NCBI GenBank assembly: GCA_041746475.1
Contig: JBGTGX010000021.1
Coordinates: 46,251 to 110,250 of the forward strand
Direction of reading: 5' to 3'
DNA from: Pyrinomonadaceae bacterium
GTDB lineage: Bacteria; Acidobacteriota; Blastocatellia; Pyrinomonadales; Pyrinomonadaceae
DNA: 64,000 bases
Shown: in pieces, positions 1 through 8,475 of the stretch
Layout of the letters: every line of letters begins with the position of its first letter
How positions within the stretch are numbered: position 1 is the first letter of the stretch
Translations under genes and position numbers: made by a program
Notes under the pieces: generated by a model
The model's input: only the letters and a program-made list of their open reading frames with translations
Told to the model about the DNA's origin: nothing
Databases searched by the model: none

Positions 1-1
1 A

Positions 2-3000
2 ACCAGTCTGTACGACGCCTCTACCGGGCGCAGCGGCGGGGGCAATTTCCAACTCGTTACAAAATCCGGCGGAAATGAATTCAACGGCTCAGCATACTAT
101 TACCTTCAAAATAAAGCGCTTAATTCAAACGAATTTTTCCTCCGGGAAGCCGGAATCGAGAAACCGAAAGCAGATCGAACCGAAACGGGTTTTACCATCG
201 GCGGACCAATTGTAAAGGACCGAGTATTTTTCTTTGGCGGCTATCAATATACGACAGCCGACACCGGTTTGGTGCCGACCGCCCGTTCGCGAACTGTCCT
301 TCCGCGTGCAGTACTTGCTTTGGGCAGCGACCGATCGCGGAGTGCGATTGCCGCGGCATTTAACGCTGAGAATGGATGCGCCGGTTCTCAATGTTTGACC
401 GCCGGCGATATTAGCAACGTTGCGTTTAACTTAATGAATCTTCGCAATCCGGTAACCGGGGGATTCGTGATTCAGACTCCGACAACGTTTACCGATCTCG
501 GAATGTTTGATCAAAGCGGAACGGCAAGCTTTCAGTTTGGTACATTTCCAAACGTTGTAAGCAAAACGCTTCTTAGGGGAAATCCGCTGATCGAGGTTAT
601 CAATGTCGAACCGGCACGCTTTAGGCAAAATCAATTTACAACCCGAATCGACGGACAAATAAATCAGAACAACAATTTAAGCGGAACGCTTTTTTACACG
701 GATTTTCCCGGCTTTGATCCTTTCCCGGACCCGAGCAGCCTGGTTTCTCCGTTTACGCTCAGACGAAATGACAGAAATCGAACCGTTTCTATTTCGGATA
801 CCCACGTTTTCTCGGGAAATCTTATCAACGAGGTACGTTTCGGTTATTTTTACTTAAATAATACGCGTCGGCTCGATGATCCTTTTCTCACAGAGGAATT
901 TACGAATGACGCGATCGGAATTTTTAACCCCGCATCTTTGTTCGACGACAGTATTGCGACAAGGCGTTTGGGACATTTTGTCGGCAGAAACGCACTTTCT
1001 AACTTCTCGCTCGGCGGTCCGAATGATTCATTTAATAAGCGCAAACAAGTCACTTACAGCATTTCCGATAATGTTACTTACGTTACAGGAAATCACAATT
1101 TCAAAATTGGCGGCGAATATAAGCGGCATCGATACGACACGAACTTGCCCGAAGAGCAGGCAACCGAGTTTGAGAAGTTTGAGAATTTCACACAGTTTAT
1201 CACCGGTAACGCCACTGAAGCCGACACACAATATGGTATTACCGAAAAGGAATTTCGTTTTAACGATTACGGTTTCTATATTACCGATAACTGGAAAATA
1301 ACAAACAAATTGACAATGAACGCCGGTCTTCGGTACGAACTGTTTATGTATCCGACGGAGAAGAACGGGCGCATCGGAAACTTTGACGTGGCCGGTTTCC
1401 TTCCATGCTTTACACAGAGCGCCGGGAGCACCGAGTTGTGTGACGACCCGACACCCGGTTTTATCGTTCCGAATAATGTTCAACTAACCGGAAACGCGGT
1501 TGTTGACGGTGCGATAAATGCGACAAACGTCGTTTCTAACAAACACACCTTAAATGGTCAGGACTACAATAACTTCGCACCGCGAATCGGACTCGCTTAT
1601 CAGATAAGCGATAATGTTGTCGTCCGAGGCGGTTACGGATTATTCTACGACAGACCATCGGCTGCTTTTATCAACACGATCTTTAGCAACTATCCATTTT
1701 TACGCGAGGTCGAGATCACGGTTCCGAGTCGAAATGTTCCCGTTGATTCGGCGTTTAGCAATACACCGACGACGCTTCCGCTCAATGCATGGCTGCCCTT
1801 TAGAGTAGTTCGCGGCTCAGGAGCCGGCGGAAGCTATCAGATCCGTGACAGCACACCGACGACGGTTGATGCGCGCGGTGTACCGTTTGGCGGCGGATTG
1901 TTTGGAAACGTCGCCGAGACCTTTGAGTTTAGGGCAATTGACCGCGATCTTCAGACGCCTTTCGTTCATCAATGGAATGTCGGATTGCAATATGAATTCG
2001 CAAAAAATCTACTGTTTGAAGCGCGTTATGTGGGGACAAGAGGTCGCAATCTTTTGCAGTCTACAGCGCTCAATCAAGGGTTTGACCTTAACGATCCCGC
2101 AGCTCCGGATCATATTTACGAAAGGTTTAATCAGGCTTACGTTGCCGCGGGTTCGCCAAACGGCGCCTTAAATTCCGGCTCAACAGCTCGCGAACGCGGA
2201 CTCGGAAAAGCATTTGGATTTTTCAATTCTGTGCTTAATAAAGTAGATCTGAACCTGGCTAATGCCGGAGGTTCGGTGATCGGATTTGAGGCACGGGTAC
2301 CGATTTTAGGTTTTAACGTTCCTGAAGCATTGCTTCTCGAATCGAAGGCTTATTCCAACTATCACGCCGCTCAGTTTAGCCTTACAAAACGGCTTTCAGA
2401 CGGACTGCAGTTTGATCTTGCTTATACGTTTTCGAAAGCGCTTGATACAATGTCATCCGATCCCGGGAGCACCGCTGGCGGCGGTAAACCGGATGTGCCT
2501 AACACGGGTTTTATAGCCCAGGGTGACGCGCGGAATACCGACAACAACTACGGACCAGCGGACTTCGACCGCACACACCGCTTTAGCGTGAATTTCCTTT
2601 ATGAGATTCCCACAGGCGGATCTAACAACGCGTTTGTCAAAGGCTGGGAGCTTTCCGGTTTCTTTCAGGCGCAATCAGGAACTCCGTTTACGGTATTTGC
2701 ATCAGAGCCCGACATCGGCAGCGTTTCAAACTACGGCGATGTGACCCGCGGTGCAGGCGGATTGTATCGTCCGGGGTTTGGTCGTCCGAATACGATTTGT
2801 TCCGCAAGCGAAGCGATCCTTGGGTTTGACGGCGTCAGCCCGTCAATAGATAAAAGCTGTTTTACGACTGCTTTCGGCGGTTTCGGAAACCTGGGAAGAA
2901 ATGCATTTCGCGGTCCGATACAGAGGCGTTTTGATATCGGTTTTGCAAAAAACACGAAGATAACAGAACGTATCGCCATTGAAGTAGGGTTTGATATCTT

Positions 3001-3130
3001 TAATCTTTTCAATACCGTAAACTTTGCAAATCCTAATAATGATTTGCAAGATAATGGTGATTTTGGTCGAATCACTTCTACGCAAGGCGGACCACGCGTC
3101 GGACAATTCAGAGCGAAACTCCGATTCTGA
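2..3130 (+). CDS. TonB-dependent outer-membrane receptor (5' end outside window)
   Basis: The frame is open from nt 2 (TSLYDASTGRSGGGNFQLVTKSGGNEFNGSAYYY...), in frame with the track ORF at 269. It is a long G/N/Y/F/T-rich beta-barrel-like sequence that ends ...FRAKLRF, with the terminal Phe typical of OM barrels. Confidence 0.8.
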   Translation, partial: TSLYDASTGRSGGGNFQLVTKSGGNEFNGSAYYYLQNKALNSNEFFLREAGIEKPKADRTETGFTIGGPIVKDRVFFFGGYQYTTADTGLVPTARSRTVLPRAVLALGSDRSRSAIAAAFNAENGCAGSQCLTAGDISNVAFNLMNLRNPVTGGFVIQTPTTFTDLGMFDQSGTASFQFGTFPNVVSKTLLRGNPLIEVINVEPARFRQNQFTTRIDGQINQNNNLSGTLFYTDFPGFDPFPDPSSLVSPFTLRRNDRNRTVSISDTHVFSGNLINEVRFGYFYLNNTRRLDDPFLTEEFTNDAIGIFNPASLFDDSIATRRLGHFVGRNALSNFSLGGPNDSFNKRKQVTYSISDNVTYVTGNHNFKIGGEYKRHRYDTNLPEEQATEFEKFENFTQFITGNATEADTQYGITEKEFRFNDYGFYITDNWKITNKLTMNAGLRYELFMYPTEKNGRIGNFDVAGFLPCFTQSAGSTELCDDPTPGFIVPNNVQLTGNAVVDGAINATNVVSNKHTLNGQDYNNFAPRIGLAYQISDNVVVRGGYGLFYDRPSAAFINTIFSNYPFLREVEITVPSRNVPVDSAFSNTPTTLPLNAWLPFRVVRGSGAGGSYQIRDSTPTTVDARGVPFGGGLFGNVAETFEFRAIDRDLQTPFVHQWNVGLQYEFAKNLLFEARYVGTRGRNLLQSTALNQGFDLNDPAAPDHIYERFNQAYVAAGSPNGALNSGSTARERGLGKAFGFFNSVLNKVDLNLANAGGSVIGFEARVPILGFNVPEALLLESKAYSNYHAAQFSLTKRLSDGLQFDLAYTFSKALDTMSSDPGSTAGGGKPDVPNTGFIAQGDARNTDNNYGPADFDRTHRFSVNFLYEIPTGGSNNAFVKGWELSGFFQAQSGTPFTVFASEPDIGSVSNYGDVTRGAGGLYRPGFGRPNTICSASEAILGFDGVSPSIDKSCFTTAFGGFGNLGRNAFRGPIQRRFDIGFAKNTKITERIAIEVGFDIFNLFNTVNFANPNNDLQDNGDFGRITSTQGGPRVGQFRAKLRF

Positions 3131-3343
3131 GTCTAAAAATTGACCTGCAACCACGAAAGCGATCCCGAAAATGGGGATCGGAAGCGGTTTACAGCCGGGA
3201 CAAGCTTATTCGCAATCTGCAGCAGGCTCAACCTTTGGCTTACTCCGTTCGACCGTAGAAAGAAGTGTCGGTTTAGGAACAAATCGACAAATACAATTTG
3301 GGTTTAGATTAATTTCTAATCCTATTTCTAATAGCGAAAGAAA

Positions 3344-3380
3344 GAGGCGAGTCCGGCTTAGGGGCTCGCCTTTTATTTTT
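3344..3380 (+). terminator. Putative intrinsic terminator about 215 nt downstream of the receptor gene
   Basis: A GC-rich hairpin, ggcgag(t)cc ... ggctcgcc, is followed by ttttattttt. Confidence 0.5.
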
Positions 3381-3498
3381 CAGATTCGAACATCAGAATT
3401 GAACAACCTACAGTGCGAGACGCGTAATGACAGCCGCTGTTCAGTTGAAAATTCCTTTGATGCCGAAAGGCGTTTTAGTTTGAAACGACCTAACTAGA

Positions 3499-5610
3499 TT
3501 ACTTTACCGCTGTTGCGCCTTTATCTCTGGGGTCAAAGGGGCGGGCGAGATATTGTTCGACTGCTTTTTGGGCATTATCGTAGGTGTCGCCGGATTCTTC
3601 AGCGCGTTTATAAGCGGCTACGGCGCGGGTTCGGTCACCCTTTGCGTCATACGCATTTCCCATTTTTATTTCAGCCCAAACGTAGAGCCATGTTGGCCGT
3701 GCATCTCCGTTTTTTCCGAGGTTGCGGGTTGCTTTAAAGTTGTCGATGGCGAGATCGTAATTTCGCTGCTCGAGAAATAGAAGACCGAGGTGGTAATAGA
3801 TCCACGCATTCGAACGATCCAGTTTCAGTGCTGCCTCAAACTGCTGCTGCGCTTCGACATAATTGCCTTCTTTGAACTGCTCGATTCCGCGCCGAGCGAT
3901 TGAAGATACTCTAAGATCATCCGAGATCCTGAGAATTTCATAATTCGGATCAATTACTACTTCGATCGGTTTTCCGGTCGATTCGAGATTAAAATCCGCG
4001 CTCGCGTCTTCTATATAGATTTTCTCGGTAGCGAGACGCCCTTGTCCCTCAGCGCGAAGCTGTACTTCAACCGGAAGCTGCAGGTTGTCATAATTCTGCT
4101 TTACGGTGCCGCGGGTGATGAACTTGCCGTCACGTGTTCGTAAGATCAGATAGTCTACTTCGAATTCCGGAACTCCGGTGCCTTCCACCCAGCGCGCGAA
4201 GAAGTAACGCAAATTCTTTCCTGCGATTTGATCCGCGAGTTTTTCAAAATCATCGATCGAGGCGTTTTTCCCTCGATATTGATTTAAGAAGCTTCTCAAC
4301 AACTGATTAAATTTGTCGTCGCCCAATGTGTCTCGCAAAAGTTTGAAAACCATTGCTCCTTTCGAATACATAATGTATTGATAAGCGACGGATTGATCAT
4401 CGAGCGAAGCTGGTGTCCGGATAAGCGATGCTGTTTGTTCAAAGGTTAAAGATTTTTCGAGGAGTTCGCGTCTTAAAGCATCGAGTTGTGCTCCGTTTAG
4501 CTGACTTTCACGGAGCGAAAATGCGCTGTATTCGGCGAGGCCTTGAGACAGCCAGGCGTCGTCAAAAGATTTCAAGCCAACTGTTAAACCCCACCATTGG
4601 AGCGCGGCTTCTCTCTGGAGCCTTTCTTTGATTACATCGCGCGAACTGTCAAACAAACGGTTTGCCATGAAAAGCGTGCCTTCCTGAGAATAGTATTCAA
4701 GGCTTTCGTCATCGATCTGAGAAATGATCAATTTTTTTCCCATTGCGGGCGCACCGAATCGTTTCGTGTAGTATTCAAGTGCCTTCCCAAGCGTTTCGCC
4801 GTATTCGGCTACGATCTTCTCGTTTCCTGCTTTTGTGTAAAACTGGAGTTCGTAACCACCATATCGGAGAGTCTTCGCAGCGTAAAGTCCGTAGGTGAAA
4901 TTTCCAACTAAGGATTCTTTCATCACTAGAAATCGACTCTTATTTCCGGTTTTGAGCACGGGTACATCGCTTACGCCTACAACCTGGAATGTGTTTGGAA
5001 GCGAGATCGTTATATCTGAGGTCGCCTTATCTGCTGCGTAATCGTGAAACGGAAACCAGCGCGCCGCATACATCAAATATCCATCGTTTACGCCAACATT
5101 CGCCAGCCTTTTTGTCAAAAGCGGTCCGCCTTCCGGTGTTACCAGAATTCCGCCATATACAAATCGGAGTTTTAGTTTGGTTCCGGCGGGCACATTTTCA
5201 CCAAGATCGATCCTGACACTGGGTCCCAAATCGCTTACGCCGACCCGGTCTTGAACAAATGTTACGCTTGCGGCAGGCGGCCCAGGTATTTTTGATTTTG
5301 GGGCTGGATTTACGGCTGAAAGGGGTGTTGCCGAGCCCGGAAGAGTTTTGCTTACTAGCGAAATGCTTTCGATCTTTAAGGAGCCGTTTAATTCAAATGT
5401 AATGACCCGCGTTTCTTCTTTTGGTGTGAAATCTATATCGACCGTCGCATCCAGCCGATTTAGTGCCGGATCGAGCTTAACATCCATTAAATAATGAGTT
5501 ACATCAAATGGAGTTCGCTGAACCTGCTGCGAAAATACTGCAAATGTGAGCGTAAAAACTGCTAAGCCAAAAGTAAAAAACCGCGCGAAATAATGTCTGC
5601 TATTCTTCAT
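3499..5610 (-). CDS. Secreted M1-family aminopeptidase homologue with degenerate zinc site and C-terminal TPR domain
   Basis: It has an N-terminal signal peptide and M1-like core segments (WW/WFG..., WL.QG.AEY, MYSKGAMVFKLLRD). The HExxH-x18-E position reads REAAL-x18-Q. The C-terminal ~120 aa are TPR-like. Confidence 0.7.
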   Translation of the reverse strand: MKNSRHYFARFFTFGLAVFTLTFAVFSQQVQRTPFDVTHYLMDVKLDPALNRLDATVDIDFTPKEETRVITFELNGSLKIESISLVSKTLPGSATPLSAVNPAPKSKIPGPPAASVTFVQDRVGVSDLGPSVRIDLGENVPAGTKLKLRFVYGGILVTPEGGPLLTKRLANVGVNDGYLMYAARWFPFHDYAADKATSDITISLPNTFQVVGVSDVPVLKTGNKSRFLVMKESLVGNFTYGLYAAKTLRYGGYELQFYTKAGNEKIVAEYGETLGKALEYYTKRFGAPAMGKKLIISQIDDESLEYYSQEGTLFMANRLFDSSRDVIKERLQREAALQWWGLTVGLKSFDDAWLSQGLAEYSAFSLRESQLNGAQLDALRRELLEKSLTFEQTASLIRTPASLDDQSVAYQYIMYSKGAMVFKLLRDTLGDDKFNQLLRSFLNQYRGKNASIDDFEKLADQIAGKNLRYFFARWVEGTGVPEFEVDYLILRTRDGKFITRGTVKQNYDNLQLPVEVQLRAEGQGRLATEKIYIEDASADFNLESTGKPIEVVIDPNYEILRISDDLRVSSIARRGIEQFKEGNYVEAQQQFEAALKLDRSNAWIYYHLGLLFLEQRNYDLAIDNFKATRNLGKNGDARPTWLYVWAEIKMGNAYDAKGDRTRAVAAYKRAEESGDTYDNAQKAVEQYLARPFDPRDKGATAVK

Positions 5611-5724
5611 TTAATTACCCGAAAATCTGCCAATGCCTTTAAATTGTTTATTGCTGAAATATGATGTCGAAAATATTCAAATCGTTGGCTTTACTGAAAT
5701 TACCTGTTAATCAAAAAGAATAGC

Positions 5725-6930
5725 TTATCGCACATAGATTGGGTTGGAAATAATCCAGGGCATTTTGTCAAAAGGGCTGCCCAGCACATCAAGGTAGACT
5801 TCGACGCGGTAAATGCCCGGATTTTTCGCGTCAAAATTTAATTCGGACGTTTGTCCGGATTCTTTGATTTTCTCTCCGTCTCTGAACAAGACAAACCGAG
5901 AAATTTGCGGAGCTCTTGCCGATAATCTAACACCATTGTTTAAGTTAATTTCGTCACCCTGGATCCGTTTTTCATCCCCATTGGCAGCCTCAAATGAAAA
6001 GCCGCTCGAATCACTCAAAATATCTACACCGATAAAAATGTTTCCGAAGCGTAGGGCATCAAGCAATGTTTCCCTATTAAAAGGTTCATTTTTCTTTATC
6101 AAAACATGTGTTCTAACCAGTTTGAAAATCGTTTCATAGCGATCAAATTTTAGGTCAATGTATTTGTTATCCGAGTCATCGCCAAAATGGAGCCCCAAAT
6201 TCGAATGCGCATCCGAACCTGCAAAAAGCGTGACATCCCGGCGTTTGGAAAGGGCGTCAAATTGCGAAAGATTTTCGTCCGGGCGTTTGAAATACTGAGC
6301 AAGAGTAAGTTCGGGATATTTACGATAGGACCAAAGCGAATCAAAAATGAAACTTAGCGGTTTCATCGTTTTTGCGTTTGTATGCAGACTAAACACTTCG
6401 ATTCCGTCAATTTCGGAATCCCACGCGGTAAATTTTTCCGGGTAGGTGACAAAAGCCAGGTGATCTTTCGCATGAACTTCGTTTAAGAATTCGGATGTGT
6501 TGAGCTTATTCGCTTTGCTCAATTCCGGAAAACTGTCGACTACGAGAAAACGGTTTCCGTCTTTTACGCTTGTTTCATTGCCGCCTAAAAAAAGAATGTT
6601 TTTTCTTCGATCGCGAAGCGTCATCGCGGAAGTATCGTAAAAATCCGAAACGTGTTCGGTCATTACGATAAAATCGAGATGGTTTTTCTCGGCACCCGAA
6701 ATGAGTTCGTCGAAGGTTCCCGTACTGTGTCCGCCAAGAAATGAATGAACGTGGATGATACCTCTGTAATCTGAGTATTCGGATAGGGTAGATGTCTTAA
6801 GGCGATTTTGATCGAGATCAGCGATTTGCGCGGACAAATTTCCAGTATGCCAACGGTTTAAGAAGAAAGGGATTTGCGATAAAACGAAAACGCACAAAAA
6901 CCCTATAAAGATTTTCTTTCGGAGTCTCAT
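5725..6930 (-). CDS. PHP-domain (CehA/McbA-like) metallohydrolase with N-terminal membrane anchor
   Basis: The motif GIIHVHSFLGGHSTGTFDELISGAEKNHLDFIVMTEH gives a PHP-type HxH...E/H signature. There is an N-terminal hydrophobic helix. Confidence 0.55.
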   Translation of the reverse strand: MRLRKKIFIGFLCVFVLSQIPFFLNRWHTGNLSAQIADLDQNRLKTSTLSEYSDYRGIIHVHSFLGGHSTGTFDELISGAEKNHLDFIVMTEHVSDFYDTSAMTLRDRRKNILFLGGNETSVKDGNRFLVVDSFPELSKANKLNTSEFLNEVHAKDHLAFVTYPEKFTAWDSEIDGIEVFSLHTNAKTMKPLSFIFDSLWSYRKYPELTLAQYFKRPDENLSQFDALSKRRDVTLFAGSDAHSNLGLHFGDDSDNKYIDLKFDRYETIFKLVRTHVLIKKNEPFNRETLLDALRFGNIFIGVDILSDSSGFSFEAANGDEKRIQGDEINLNNGVRLSARAPQISRFVLFRDGEKIKESGQTSELNFDAKNPGIYRVEVYLDVLGSPFDKMPWIISNPIYVR

Positions 6931-7010
6931 TAGAAAACGTAAAAGAATTCAAGTTTCCAAAAGGCTGAACGTTTAGATGGTAGCACATCAGAATTAACGG
7001 ACGATGAAAG

Positions 7011-7304
7011 CTAGTCAGTAAAAAAATCAACGGAAACCACCTGCTCCGCGATTTCTTTTCCCATCGCCGCAACTTCCTGATGCGCTTCGTGAACGGTATA
7101 AGAATCCAAAGCCTCGCGATCGGAAAACGCCGATGTCAATCCGGTATCATATGACCGGTCGAGCTGTAGGACGTCGCTACCGACTTCAAAGCTTTCTATA
7201 TTTGGAATAATTCCAGGCAATGCGCGAAGTTTTGCGACGTGCTCCTCGCGGGCTTCAGTCGACGTATTTTCCTTATATTTCCAAGCGACGATATGTATCA
7301 GCAT
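7011..7304 (-). CDS. Dabb (stress-responsive A/B-barrel) family protein
   Basis: It is 97 aa. The sequence MLIHIVAWKYKENTS..EEHVAKLRALPGIIPNIESFEVGSDV matches the Dabb pattern. Confidence 0.7.
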   Translation of the reverse strand: MLIHIVAWKYKENTSTEAREEHVAKLRALPGIIPNIESFEVGSDVLQLDRSYDTGLTSAFSDREALDSYTVHEAHQEVAAMGKEIAEQVVSVDFFTD

Positions 7305-7757
7305 TTATTTAGTTTCACACCATTGCTTTGTAACCCTGTGGCGATATTCAAACATCTTTTCGAGCTTAGGTAAAACGAAAAAAGGAGTCGCCGCCATGCC
7401 TAAGTAGGAAAAGGGCACTTCATATTCGATCGCGTCCCTCAGAATCGAACCCCTCGAACCATCTTTTTCTATAATGTGCCGGTGAACCCAATATTTGAAG
7501 GGACCTGAAATCTGAGTGTCTTCGAACATTTTTGGCGGATCATATTTTGTGTGTTCCGCAACCCATGTCGAAACGGTGAAACCCCAATATTTTTGCTTGA
7601 AAATAGCTCTCGAACCAACTTTTGAGATATCCGCCTTTTGGACGACTTCGACATTTTCCCAAGGCGGAATTAAACGCTCAACGGCATCCGGAAGCTCGTG
7701 AAATTCAAAAACGATTTCGGGCGCAGCGTTTATCAATGATTCTTTCACAAAGTTCAT
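7305..7757 (-). CDS. SRPBCC-superfamily protein (paralogue of 29592..30050)
   Basis: It is 150 aa and shares ...F.F..D..N....TPP.....I........G....Y.......P..W......W.PP..F.D....GP...W.H.H.F... with the second copy. Its stop abuts the Dabb start codon. Confidence 0.6.
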   Translation of the reverse strand: MNFVKESLINAAPEIVFEFHELPDAVERLIPPWENVEVVQKADISKVGSRAIFKQKYWGFTVSTWVAEHTKYDPPKMFEDTQISGPFKYWVHRHIIEKDGSRGSILRDAIEYEVPFSYLGMAATPFFVLPKLEKMFEYRHRVTKQWCETK

Positions 7758-7769
7758 ATAGTGTTATTT

Positions 7770-7886
7770 TTCCCGCAATGGCGCCAAGAACGCAAAGAAG
7801 AACTTCGCCGGAAGGATATTGTTAAGAGATATCAGGGTTTTTCATTTTCCTATTTCTTCTTATGCTTCTTCGCGCCATTGCGGGAA
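7770..7886. repeat. Palindromic repeat element A (two ~33-nt inverted arms, 51-nt spacer)
   Basis: Arm 7770-7802 is ttcccgcaatggcgccaagaacgcaaagaagaa. The reverse complement of arm 7854-7886 is ttcccgcaatggcgcgaagaagcataagaagaa. Confidence 0.85.
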
Positions 7887-7889
7887 ATA

Positions 7890-8267
7890 TCATAAATTAT
7901 TTACGACGCGACGAATCCCGTCTTTTATCAAATTGACGTTGAAATTAATCAGAAGTCCAAGTTTTTTATCCATCAATCGGAGATAAGTCCGAAGCTGCTT
8001 CAAATAAACCGGAGACATAGTTTCAACTGATTTTATTTCAATTACTACCTTTTCGTTGACAATAAGATCCGCGCGAAACCCAACTTCTAATTGCACGGTT
8101 TCATAGATCACCGGAATAGCTCGTTGCCGGACAACTTTACAACCGCGTTTTTCCAATTCGTGCGCAAGAACAGCTTCATAAACGGATTCAAGCAACCCGG
8201 GTCCGATAGTAGTGTGAACTTTGAATGCGGAGTCAACGATAATTTTTGAGAGCTCGTTTTCTGTCAT
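7890..8267 (-). CDS. GxxExxY protein (PD-(D/E)XK nuclease-fold family, TIGR04256-like)
   Basis: MTENELSKIIVDSAFKVHTTIGPGLLESVYEAVLAHELEKRG... contains the diagnostic G..E..Y motif. The ATG at 8267 is preferred over the TTG at 8285. Confidence 0.85.
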   Translation of the reverse strand: MTENELSKIIVDSAFKVHTTIGPGLLESVYEAVLAHELEKRGCKVVRQRAIPVIYETVQLEVGFRADLIVNEKVVIEIKSVETMSPVYLKQLRTYLRLMDKKLGLLINFNVNLIKDGIRRVVNNL

Positions 8268-8310
8268 TGTAAAAAGTTTCTGCAATTAAAGGGAGACAAA
8301 AAGATTAATT

Positions 8311-8475
8311 GTTCCCGCAAAGGCGCAAAGGCGCATAAGGAAGAATAAGATGAATAAGTAAAGCAGATATTTATTAAAGGAATCAGAAAGTTTTTTCGAA
8401 TCGGGAAAATATGATTCCTAATCCTGGCCCTATTTTTTCTTTTCTTCCTTATGCCCCTTTGCGCCTTTGCGGGAA
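8311..8475. repeat. Palindromic repeat element B (two 34-nt inverted arms, 97-nt spacer), same family as element A
   Basis: Arm 8311-8344 is ttcccgcaaaggcgcaaaggcgcataaggaagaa. The reverse complement of arm 8442-8475 is ttcccgcaaaggcgcaaaggggcataaggaagaa, identical at 33 of 34 positions. Confidence 0.9.

Noticed and set aside
3171-3497. A 108-codon ORF in the receptor/peptidase intergenic region.
   Set aside because: It spans a terminator hairpin and a tandem repeat. The translation is R/S/G-rich with no motif and no SD. I treated it as non-coding.
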